DNA of 64,000 nt from Planctomycetota bacterium. Its GTDB lineage: Bacteria > Planctomycetota > UBA8108 > SXIK01. Of the stretch, positions 50,301 to 58,464 are shown one piece after another (within the stretch, counting starts at the first letter, position 1; every line of letters begins with the position of its first letter). Under the pieces are notes generated by a model that saw only the letters and a list, made by a program, of their open reading frames with translations, had not been told where the DNA came from and did no database searches. The DNA is taken from positions 5,376,001 to 5,440,000 of the forward strand of contig CBDCXR010000004.1 in assembly GCA_965223845.1 (NCBI GenBank), written 5' to 3'. Position numbers and translations under genes: made by a program.

Positions 50301-53300
50301 TTTGTCGCCGCCGTAGTGGGACGCGGCAAACGATGCGTCGGCACGCTCGTGGAGATCGAAGACGCCCCAGTAGAGGCCGTTCAGATAGAGGTGAAAGAAG
50401 ATGTCGTGCGGAGCGAGGCCCCCCGCCGCTTTCTGAAGGTCGCTCACGTACTGGTCGCGACAGTACTGACCGCGGACGCGCTGGCCGTGGTTCGGATGCT
50501 GCCACGTCTGATTCATGTGCGCATCGAGGACGATCGTGTCGAACTCGTCGACCGTCGAATCTGGAAACAAGCGATGGCGGAGCTTCGTCGGGCCGTACTC
50601 GCCCTTGAAGAGAAGGCGCATGCTGACCTTGATCACCTTCCAGTTGTTCACGCTGCTGCCGCCCTGAATCCGCATGCCGCAGTTCGCTTGGTGGCTCGCG
50701 CGCCCGCTGGGGTAGATGAACTCGGCCGACACCGGGCGTTCCCAAGAGGGACCGTCGCGCGAAGGATTCGCGTAGATCCCGGTCGAGGACGAGAAGAGGT
50801 CGTCCACATCGGCGACGACGGAGAGAGTCGGAATCGACGTCAATCCCTCGAGAATCAAATTGCGGTGACCGGGATCGTTGACGACGTCGGGGTCCATCTC
50901 GTAGTCGGCGGTCTGCGAGTTCCACGTCGACGGAAAACCGGAGGGGTTCCGCGGCTGAGTGAGGACGTGGTCGACGAAGATGTAAGAGTAAGTCGACACC
51001 CGCGACGGCAAGAACCCGCTTCGGTACGCGATCGCGCGCAGTGTGACGACCGCGCGCGACGCCGACCCACTGATCTGAAAGGGTCCCGTGTACAGCGTTC
51101 CCGACGTCGCCGATGGCGGGCTGCCGTCGAGCGTGTATCGGATCTGCGCGCCCGGAGTTCCCGACGAAAGAAACACATCGAAGGGCGCGTCGTAGAACCC
51201 TCGCCCCGGCGCCGCAACGGGCTCGAGGACGTAGCCGTCGTAAGTGACGCCACCCGAGTTCGGCGCGCCGGGAGTCGGCGCCGTGAAGTAGACGAGCTCG
51301 CCGGCGCCGTTTCGCCCGTAGGAGATGTCGGGCTGCTGCGGCGGGAATCGCGGCGCGATCTCGGAAATCACTTGCCGCGGCGACTCGGCGTTGAAGAGAC
51401 CGAAATACTCGCCCTCGGCGCTCAATCGGAAGCTGGTGTGCGGCTCGCCGCCGGTCAGGTCCTTTCCCGTCGCGAAAACTACGACGTGTTCCCCTGGCGC
51501 GAGAACGATGTTCGGAAGCACCCAGAGACCGGGCTCGTTCGGGTCGTCCGTGACGGACCACCCCGCGAGCGAAACGCTCGCGTCGCCGTCGTTCACGAGC
51601 TCGAACCAATCGCCTTCCTCGTTCTCGAAGTCGCGGAGGCCACTGCGGTTGACGGCGAGGATCTCGTTGATCGCGACGGTCCCGAGCGGTGCGTCGGGAT
51701 CGATGGTGTAAGTCCAGCTTCCGCCGGCGAAGGGATTCGAAAAATCGCCGAGGTCGACGATCCCGTGCCCCGAGCTCCACTCGACCGTGACGACCCCGGG
51801 CGCGGCCGGCGAAAACGAGAACACGTACGGCCCTCGGCCTTCACCCACGACCGACGATGCCGGAGCCCCATCGACCAGGAGATCGCCCGCGTCGACGCCG
51901 GTTACATCTTCGTCGAAGGTCACCTCGATTTGGCTGAGGCTCCGAAACGTACCGCCCGCGAACGGAACGAGGCTCGAAACGCTGGGAGGAACGAGATCCG
52001 GAGCGATCGGATCCACGATTTCGATGTCGAAGAAGAGGTCCGTGCTCGAGATCGTCGCGTTCAGCACTTCGACGCAGACGATATTCGTCCCGTTGACGAG
52101 GTAGTCGAGCGGATTCGGAAGCTGAAACTCCTCGATCGAACCGGACTCGTGAGTTCCCGCCGCGCGATCATCGTAGAGGACGGGGTCGCCCTCGGTGCCG
52201 TTTGCGTTGACGCGCAGGACCTCGATCTCGTTGATCCACATGACGAAGCCGTCGTCGTAATTCGCACGCGCGAGAAGCTCGCTCACCGCGGTGATGTTCG
52301 AGACCTCGAAGGTCTGCCGGAGAAAGAGCGTCGTGTAGTTCGACTGCATGGGCGGGGAGAGATCGGAGAGATCCGTCGCGATTCCCGCCTCACCGTAGCC
52401 GAACGGGGCTGCTCCGGCCGCCCAACTGGCGTCGTCGAAATTGAGTGCACGCCACGCGGGAACAGGACTCGAAGCCTCACTCTGACCGCGGAAGTAGCGC
52501 CAAGTTGAGCCCGGCTCGATCGCCCGGAACGAATCCTCGACCCGCCAGACCTCGAAGATGACGAGATCGCCGCCGTTCGCGTCCGTCCCCGACGTCTTTC
52601 CCTTGAGCTGGTGGACACGAATGTGACCGCTCGTGACATCGAGCGTGGGACTGCTCGCGCTCGCGGCGACGAGACCGTTCTCGCCGAAGTCGACGAATCC
52701 GTTCACCGCCGCCGGAGGCGGAACGAGGCCGTCGAATCCGACGCGCGCGAATACGCCTTGACCGTGCTCGGCTTGATCGAAGTTGTCGACGAGGACGACG
52801 TGATTCGCACCGAGTGACGCGGGGCCGCCGGCGCCGCCATCTTCTACGGTGAGGCGATGCGCATGGAGATTGTCAGCGGAGCCAACCGCCGAAACGAAAC
52901 GATAGACGCCGGGAGGAAGATCGATGCGAAAGATGATTCCCTCGGGCGGCGCGCACTCGCCCGTCGCCGGCGCCGGCTCCGACGAACACGGCGACGCGAA
53001 CGTTTTTGCGCCGATGAACGAGTCGTAGATCTCTTCGGGACAGCTATCCCCGAACGCGTTTCGATCGTTCGCGCTGTCGTCGAACGGACCGAAGATCCCG
53101 TAGCCCGCGCGCGTCGTATCGTCCGGGTCGACGACCTCGTACCCCCACCCCCGGCCCGAGTTGTACTCGAGGTTCGCCGGCGAGGTCTGGACGACGGCCG
53201 TATAGAACTGGCCGGGCGCGTTGTGAAGCTCGCACGAGAGATCGCGCGATCCGAAGATGAACGCTCGGACGAGCTCGGGCTCGGCGTGAAGGGCGCGCGA

Positions 53301-53387
53301 GGAGGAGGTCGTCGCGGGCCCGAGGAAACCGAGCAAAAAGAAACCAGCGAGAACGAGGCGTGAATGCCAGCGCGAGTTAGACGTCAC
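47307..53387 (-). CDS. Large secreted CotH kinase with N-terminal 'domain X': X, jelly-roll, Ig-like, LTD repeats, CotH, PKD, dockerin-like (2026 aa)
   Basis: Signal peptide (ALHA|EPEL); collinear with the 39215 protein after domain X; GMRIQGG, NGLYWGVFDLHER, NDDWPHHNWY, WDAE; GDANQDG...DVNADAG dockerin loops. Confidence 0.88.
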   Translation of the reverse strand: MTSNSRWHSRLVLAGFFLLGFLGPATTSSSRALHAEPELVRAFIFGSRDLSCELHNAPGQFYTAVVQTSPANLEYNSGRGWGYEVVDPDDTTRAGYGIFGPFDDSANDRNAFGDSCPEEIYDSFIGAKTFASPCSSEPAPATGECAPPEGIIFRIDLPPGVYRFVSAVGSADNLHAHRLTVEDGGAGGPASLGANHVVLVDNFDQAEHGQGVFARVGFDGLVPPPAAVNGFVDFGENGLVAASASSPTLDVTSGHIRVHQLKGKTSGTDANGGDLVIFEVWRVEDSFRAIEPGSTWRYFRGQSEASSPVPAWRALNFDDASWAAGAAPFGYGEAGIATDLSDLSPPMQSNYTTLFLRQTFEVSNITAVSELLARANYDDGFVMWINEIEVLRVNANGTEGDPVLYDDRAAGTHESGSIEEFQLPNPLDYLVNGTNIVCVEVLNATISSTDLFFDIEIVDPIAPDLVPPSVSSLVPFAGGTFRSLSQIEVTFDEDVTGVDAGDLLVDGAPASSVVGEGRGPYVFSFSPAAPGVVTVEWSSGHGIVDLGDFSNPFAGGSWTYTIDPDAPLGTVAINEILAVNRSGLRDFENEEGDWFELVNDGDASVSLAGWSVTDDPNEPGLWVLPNIVLAPGEHVVVFATGKDLTGGEPHTSFRLSAEGEYFGLFNAESPRQVISEIAPRFPPQQPDISYGRNGAGELVYFTAPTPGAPNSGGVTYDGYVLEPVAAPGRGFYDAPFDVFLSSGTPGAQIRYTLDGSPPSATSGTLYTGPFQISGSASRAVVTLRAIAYRSGFLPSRVSTYSYIFVDHVLTQPRNPSGFPSTWNSQTADYEMDPDVVNDPGHRNLILEGLTSIPTLSVVADVDDLFSSSTGIYANPSRDGPSWERPVSAEFIYPSGRASHQANCGMRIQGGSSVNNWKVIKVSMRLLFKGEYGPTKLRHRLFPDSTVDEFDTIVLDAHMNQTWQHPNHGQRVRGQYCRDQYVSDLQKAAGGLAPHDIFFHLYLNGLYWGVFDLHERADASFAASHYGGDKTQYDALRHSGSNVVDGSSSSWSTMMNFVRRDLSNTSNYLDLENHLDIRSFANYMLVNFFCGNDDWPHHNWYATKFRQPGFGFQFHSWDAEHTLKSVSIDRTSESRSGTPGEIYDRLRASPEFRLLFADEAHRHFFNGGILYVDEDDPAWDPAQPERNRPAAHWMRRIDEVDPAIACEAARWGDTRRPSEPYTRNDEWMAELNWLLTQYFPNRSGNVLGQLRSRGLYPNLGAPILSQHGGEVDPGFVLSMSLPAGTNGTIYFTTDGTDPRVFGSGAVSGRSESYEDPIILTDHAHVLARTRSGTTWSALAEATFSFADPREVLRVTEIMFNPVGGNGFEFLELKNTGTRTIDLAGARFSGIDFTFDSSATLAPGAFVVLVSDPASFASRYPGVDVDGEYFGQLANGGEEIQLRNAAGELIFDVDYDDGQLWPIGADGFGYSLVRIDETGDPDSPSSWGASRNVDGSPGSDDLGPAEGAVVVSEILANAADPLEGAIELFNRDPAAVDLGGWFLSDARTDAASLRKYRIPDGTILPSGESIVFYAIDFEPAGLSLEPAGGSVFLASADGGGALTGHIAEGRYEAGETGVSFGRFATSEDIDFGALSARTFGADSPASVEEFRTGTGEPNAEPRFGPLVINEIMYNPGGDREEFIEIFNPTGAPVSLYDDALGVGWNLRGVLNSTESGFFEFSAGDVVPSGGYLLVVGIDPAAFRSLHAVPGSVPIVGAFGGGVSDGGERLRLERPLFFANFGVVPTVVDEVRYNDKDPWPTEADGAGPSLERIVATSYGSDPVNWAASTRDGGTPGIANTAVSGGGNLLPGAVIAASPSSGDAPLEVFFDGTQSYDLDGEIVSYLWDFDDGAMSTSASIGHTFAAPGNYVVTLVVTDDDGAEDVASQFIFVGEDLGGGQIPGDANQDGRLDIADGVKILVELFVNPGGLPCDGPIDSAANAKVFDVNADAGVNVADALYVLNYLFADGPPPSLGTGCVPVLGCPDVCAF

Positions 53388-53461
53388 TGCTCAGAACTCC
53401 GAAGGAGATTTCGCCCCGTGCTAGATCCGCTCCAGCGCGCGTCCGCGGCGCCTGTCGCAGT

Positions 53462-53471
53462 AAAACCCTAC
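53462..53471 (-). promoter_or_regulatory. Shared upstream motif GTAGGGTTTT (second copy)
   Basis: Exact match to 39078-39087, same orientation relative to its gene. Confidence 0.4.
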
Positions 53472-53757
53472 CGATCGTCCAGAGTACCCACGAAGGCGGG
53501 CGAACTCACTCCCGCGCCGGGTCGCGCTCGCACAAGATCGCAAGTCTTTGTTTTGATTACATTTATGAACTCGTTCGCGGGCTAGCCACTCGCCGGCGCT
53601 CCGCGTACGACTCGTGGGGCTTGGCTGTAAGTCTTGGAAAATAAATGGTTTAGGTCGGTCTGCCGGGCTTGCGGCATCGGATCCGAAGCCTTTCGCGCTC
53701 TCTAGGGTTTCAGCTACCATGAGCGTTTCCCCGCCACTTCATGGCCCGAGGTTCGGA

Positions 53758-56259
53758 ATGGACTTGCGCACTCGTTTCTACCTCCTTCCGCTCGCGATTC
53801 TCGGCGCGCTGACTCTCTCGTCCGGCGACCGACTTCGGGGCGAAGATCTTTCACCCGAAGCACTCGAGTTCTTCGAGAAGGAGGTGCGCCCGGTCCTCGT
53901 CCGCCACTGCTACCGTTGTCACTCCGAAGAGAGCAACCGCGTCCGCGGCGGCCTCCTCCTCGACACGCAGGAGGGATGGATGGACGGGGGCGACTCCGGC
54001 GCCGCTCTCGAACCCGGCGATCCGAACGCGAGTCTTCTCATTCGTGCTATCCGCTACGAAGACGAAGACCTGCAGATGCCGCCGAAGGGCAAGATGTCGG
54101 ACAAGGAAATTGCCGCGCTCGTCCAGTGGGTGCAGTCGGGCGCGCCCGATCCGCGCGTCGCGGACGGCGCCAAGCGGGAAGCGAAGGAGATCGATCTCGA
54201 AAGCGGACGCAGGTTTTGGGCGTTCCAGCTGCCCGAGAAGTCCGCGCCGCCCGAAGTGAGGAAGGCGGACTGGCCGCGCGATGAGCTCGATCACTACGTC
54301 CTCGCTGGGCTCGAAGCGAACCGTCTCGAGCCCGTCGCCGATGCCGACCGACGCGACTTTCTTCGCCGGCTCACGTTCGATCTCACCGGGCTCCCGCCGA
54401 CCACGGCGGAGATCCACGCGTTCCTTGCGGACGAGTCGCCCACCGCCCGCGAGACCGTCGTCGACCGCCTCCTCGACTCGGCGCGATTCGGGGAGCGCTG
54501 GGGGCGCCACTGGCTCGACATCGCTCGCTACGCCGAATCGACGGGCCGCACGCGGAACGTCCCCTTTCGCTACGCGTGGCGCTATCGAGACTACGTGATC
54601 GGTGCGCTCAACGCCGACAAGCCGTACGACGAGTTTCTTCGCGAACAAATCGCCGGCGATCTCCTCCCGGCGGAGTCGAACGACGAGCGGAACGAACACT
54701 CCGTCGCGACCGGTTTCCTCGCACTCGGCACGAAAGACCTCAACGAAAGAAACACCCGTCAATTTCTCGCCGACAACGTCGACGAGCAGATCGATACGCT
54801 GAGTCGAGGCGTCCTCGCACTCACCGTCGGCTGCGCACGCTGTCACGACCACAAGTTCGATCCGATCCCGACGGCCGATTACTACGCGCTCGCGGGGATC
54901 TTCGGCAGCACCGAGATCCTCGCCGGACTCACGGGACGCGGCGGAGGACGAAAGAACTACGAGAACCGCGACCTCCTGATCGCGCTCGAAACGGACGGCA
55001 CGAATCTCGAGCCGTCCGCGGAGTCCGCTCCCGAGACGAAGCCCAACGCGAAGCCAAATCGGGGTCTTCGCCGCCGCATCGCGCGTGTCGAGCGCGAGCT
55101 GCGGGAAGAGCGCGCGAAAATGGCGTCGGCAACGCGGGAAGAGAAGAGACGACTGCGCCCGCGCATCCAGCAGCTCAATCGTCAGCTCAACAACTTGAAG
55201 CGACAGAGTGCCGACGACACGCCGCCGATCCCCGTCGGCGCGCCCTTGGCTCTGGGCGTGCGCGAACGTGACCGACCGGTGAATGCACGCATCTACATTC
55301 GCGGGGAGGTTTCGAATCCGGGCGACGTCGTCGAGCGAGGTTTCCTCCGCGTCCTCGCCGTCGATGGGGCGAAAGAAGTCAACGCCAAGGCGAGCGGTCG
55401 ACTCGAACTTGCCAATTGGATCGCGAGCGACTCGAATCCTCTCACCGCGCGCGTGTTCGTGAACCGCGTCTGGCATCATCTCTTCGGTCGCGGGCTCGTT
55501 CGCACGGTCGACAACTTCGGCTCGACCGGCGCGGAGCCGTCGCATCCCGAGCTCCTCGACGCGCTTGCGGTGCGCTTCGTCGAGGGTGGTTGGTCGGTGA
55601 AGAGGTTGATCCGGACGATCGTTCTCAGCCGCACGTACGGACTCTCGACCGATCACCACGACGCGAACTACGAAGCGGATCCCGACAACGTCCGGCGCTG
55701 GCGGATGAGCCCGCGTCGCATCGAGGTCGAGGCGTTTCGCGACGCGATGCTCGCGGTGAGCGGCACACTTGAAGTCGAGCCGCCGAGCGGCTCTCCGGTC
55801 GAGCGACTGCGGTCCGCCGAACTCGGAAGGCGCGGCGGTCCGATCGATCTTTGGAGCGACCTCAGGCATCGACGGAGCGTGTACATTCCGGTGGTCCGAG
55901 GAATGGTCCCGCCGATGTTCGAGATCTTCGACTTCGCCGAGCCGACTCTCGTCAAAGGAAACCGCGACATTACCACGGTGCCGACGCAGGCACTCTTCCT
56001 CCTCAATAACCCGTACGTCCGCGAGCTCGCCGCGAGCGCGGCGAAGCGCGTTCTCGCGGCCGAAGGACTCGACACCCGAGGACGCGTTCGGCACGCCTAC
56101 GAGCTAGCCTTCGCTCGTCTGCCGAGCCCGGCGGAAGAGGCGCGAGCACTCGCCTACCTGAAGAGTGAGGACACCGCCGCAGACGAGGCGACGCGTGAGG
56201 ACTGGACGCGCTTCAGTCACGCACTCTTCGCGAGCGCCGAGTTTCGCTACCTCAACTGA
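53758..56259 (+). CDS. PSD1 and planctomycete cytochrome c domain protein (DUF1549/DUF1553)
   Basis: FFEKEVRPVL..HCYRCH, LRRLTFDLTGLPPT, GERWGRHWLD, CARCHDHKFDP, NPLTARV.VNRVW, PSHPELLD, PTQAL.LLN, EFRYLN. Confidence 0.95.
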   Translation: MDLRTRFYLLPLAILGALTLSSGDRLRGEDLSPEALEFFEKEVRPVLVRHCYRCHSEESNRVRGGLLLDTQEGWMDGGDSGAALEPGDPNASLLIRAIRYEDEDLQMPPKGKMSDKEIAALVQWVQSGAPDPRVADGAKREAKEIDLESGRRFWAFQLPEKSAPPEVRKADWPRDELDHYVLAGLEANRLEPVADADRRDFLRRLTFDLTGLPPTTAEIHAFLADESPTARETVVDRLLDSARFGERWGRHWLDIARYAESTGRTRNVPFRYAWRYRDYVIGALNADKPYDEFLREQIAGDLLPAESNDERNEHSVATGFLALGTKDLNERNTRQFLADNVDEQIDTLSRGVLALTVGCARCHDHKFDPIPTADYYALAGIFGSTEILAGLTGRGGGRKNYENRDLLIALETDGTNLEPSAESAPETKPNAKPNRGLRRRIARVERELREERAKMASATREEKRRLRPRIQQLNRQLNNLKRQSADDTPPIPVGAPLALGVRERDRPVNARIYIRGEVSNPGDVVERGFLRVLAVDGAKEVNAKASGRLELANWIASDSNPLTARVFVNRVWHHLFGRGLVRTVDNFGSTGAEPSHPELLDALAVRFVEGGWSVKRLIRTIVLSRTYGLSTDHHDANYEADPDNVRRWRMSPRRIEVEAFRDAMLAVSGTLEVEPPSGSPVERLRSAELGRRGGPIDLWSDLRHRRSVYIPVVRGMVPPMFEIFDFAEPTLVKGNRDITTVPTQALFLLNNPYVRELAASAAKRVLAAEGLDTRGRVRHAYELAFARLPSPAEEARALAYLKSEDTAADEATREDWTRFSHALFASAEFRYLN

Positions 56260-56296
56260 TCACGCTGCGATCGATCGCATTGCCGGGAGTAGAACC

Positions 56297-57679
56297 ATGA
56301 ACCCCTACAACGACGAACCTCTCGTCCGCACGCTCACGCGGCGCGAACTCCTCAAGCGGAGCAGCTGCGGATTCGGGTATCTCGCGCTCGCGGGACTGTC
56401 GACCGAGCTCGCCGCGGCCGATCGCTACCGCGACCCGCTCGCGCGCAAGACACCTCATTTCAGTCCGCGCGCTCGACGGGTGATCTTCCTCTTCATGCAG
56501 GGCGGACCGTCGCACGTCGACACCTTCGACTACAAACCTCAGCTCGAGAAGGACGCCGGAAAGAAAATCCGCGGCGGGCCGCTGATGCCCTCGAAGTGGA
56601 CCTTCCGGCCGCGTGGATCGAGCGGGCTCATGATCTCGGACGTCTATCCCGAGCTCTCGCGCCACGCCGACGAGCTTTGCCTTCTCAACGCGATGCACAC
56701 GAACAGCCCGGCGCATCCGCAGGCGACGGTCATGGTGCACACGGGCAGCATCAACTTCGTCCGCCCGTCGGTCGGCGCGTGGACGCTCTACGGCCTGGGC
56801 ACGGAGAACAACGACCTTCCCGGGTACGTCACGATCAATGCCCCGCAGCGGCTCGGCGGCGCGCAGAACTTCGGAAGCGCGTTCCTGCCGGCTTGCTATC
56901 AGGGCACGCCCATCAGCGGCGGACGCGGTCGCGAGCCCGGTCTAGCGAACTTGCCGAAGAGCGGAGCCGACCTCGAAGAGCAGCGCCGTCAGCTCGATCT
57001 CGTTCAGGCGATGAACCGCGACCTCCGAGACCGAGCGAAGGTGAACTCCGAACTCGACGGACTCATCGAGTCGTACGAGCTCGCCTTTCGCATGCAGCGC
57101 GCGGTTCCCAAGGTTCTCGACACGGCGCGTGAGACCAAGGCGACCCTCGACCTCTACGGGATCGGAGAACGGCAGACGGATGCGTTCGGGCGACAATGCC
57201 TCATGGCGCGGCGTCTCGCCGAGTCCGGAGTCCGTTACATCGAGGTGTGCCACAACGGTTGGGACCAGCACAACAATCTGACAGCGCGCCTGGGAGCGAA
57301 TGCGGCGGCGACCGACAAGCCCATCGCCGGTCTTCTCACCGATCTCAAGGCGCGCGGCCTTCTCCAGGACACGCTCGTCATCTGGGGCGGCGAGTTCGGA
57401 CGAACACCGAGCGCGCAGAACACGGACGGCCGGCGTCACAACAACCGCGGCTACACGATGTGGATGGCAGGCGGCGGGGTTCGCGGCGGAATTCGTCACG
57501 GCGCGACGGACGAGCACGGTTTCGAGGCCGTCGACGAGAAGGTCCACATCCACGACCTTCACGCAACGACGCTGCACCTTCTCGGACTCGACCACGAGAA
57601 GCTCACGTACCGCTACTCCGGTCGCGACTTCCGTCTCACCGACGTCTACGGGCGAGTCGTGAAGGAGATCATCGCGTAG
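56297..57679 (+). CDS. DUF1501 domain protein (Tat-exported)
   Basis: TRRELL Tat motif; VIFLFMQGGPSHVDTFDYKP, CLMARRL.E.GVR, WDQH, WGGEFGRTP, HDLHAT.LHLLG. Confidence 0.95.
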   Translation: MNPYNDEPLVRTLTRRELLKRSSCGFGYLALAGLSTELAAADRYRDPLARKTPHFSPRARRVIFLFMQGGPSHVDTFDYKPQLEKDAGKKIRGGPLMPSKWTFRPRGSSGLMISDVYPELSRHADELCLLNAMHTNSPAHPQATVMVHTGSINFVRPSVGAWTLYGLGTENNDLPGYVTINAPQRLGGAQNFGSAFLPACYQGTPISGGRGREPGLANLPKSGADLEEQRRQLDLVQAMNRDLRDRAKVNSELDGLIESYELAFRMQRAVPKVLDTARETKATLDLYGIGERQTDAFGRQCLMARRLAESGVRYIEVCHNGWDQHNNLTARLGANAAATDKPIAGLLTDLKARGLLQDTLVIWGGEFGRTPSAQNTDGRRHNNRGYTMWMAGGGVRGGIRHGATDEHGFEAVDEKVHIHDLHATTLHLLGLDHEKLTYRYSGRDFRLTDVYGRVVKEIIA

Positions 57680-57704
57680 AGAACGAGACCGGGTCTGATC
57701 TACG

Positions 57705-57745
57705 AACAAGGCGGCCGGACTTCGGCGAAGTCCGGCCGCCTTGTT
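57705..57745. terminator. Bidirectional intrinsic terminator between convergent genes
   Basis: Perfect 19-bp stem AACAAGGCGGCCGGACTTC / GAAGTCCGGCCGCCTTGTT with a 3-nt loop. Confidence 0.85.
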
Positions 57746-57783
57746 GCCATGTTCGAGTCGCGAGATCGACCTCGTCGGGCTCC

Positions 57784-58335
57784 TCAGCGAACGAGCGACA
57801 CGAGCTCGCTTCGCGAGTAGACGCGCTCCGAACCCGATGACGCGTCCGCGACGAGTAGCCTCCCGTCGGGCAGCACCTCTCCCTCCGCGATCAGCTCGCC
57901 GTCCGCCCCCGTACGCGTCGCCGTTCCGTCTGCCTTTGCGAGCAGTACGGACTCATCGACGAGCACCCCCTTCTCGAACACGCGAATGGTGAGCTCGACG
58001 CCTTCATCGGTTCGCTGGCGCGTGAGCTCGATCGTCCGCTCCCCGTCCTCGATCGTCTTGATCTCGCCGGCGTCGGTGACCTCGTCCACGGGGTTTTCGC
58101 CCGTCCAGAATTCGATGCTGTTGAAGATGATCGCATCGCCGAGGGTCGCGAAGCCGTAGACCGGCAAGATGACGAGTCCGAGGAAGACGAGCTCGTTCAC
58201 CCACTTTTCGCCGACTTGGCCATTCCATTCGTGAAGTGCCTTTGTGATCTTGAACGGGCCGTAGCACGAGGAATTGAGCGTGACGACCGCGACCAAAAGA
58301 CACCCGAGCAGCCCCTGACGTGTGCGCTTCTTCAT
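57784..58335 (-). CDS. DUF3332 family lipoprotein
   Basis: SSCYGPF..T..L..WN, KWVNELVF, PVYG....D..IFNSIEFWTGENP. Confidence 0.88.
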   Translation of the reverse strand: MKKRTRQGLLGCLLVAVVTLNSSCYGPFKITKALHEWNGQVGEKWVNELVFLGLVILPVYGFATLGDAIIFNSIEFWTGENPVDEVTDAGEIKTIEDGERTIELTRQRTDEGVELTIRVFEKGVLVDESVLLAKADGTATRTGADGELIAEGEVLPDGRLLVADASSGSERVYSRSELVSLVR

Positions 58336-58464
58336 CTTCTTTCCTTTGAACAAGCGACGAGCACAGTAAGGAAAACGGGACAACAGCCCCTTCTTCTACG
58401 AGACCGCGTCGCGAAGGGTCAACGGCGCGGAAAAGTTACCGGCCCCGCAGAAAGAAACGCATCC

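Noticed and set aside
35153-53387. CotH genes as evidence of sporulation or of a mobile island
   Set aside because: No other sporulation genes, integrase, tRNA or att repeats; composition looks like the flanking DNA.
53758-57679. PSD1/DUF1501 pair as the novel system
   Set aside because: Function is unknown, but it is a well-known, highly paralogous planctomycete gene pair and nothing distinctive appears in this copy.
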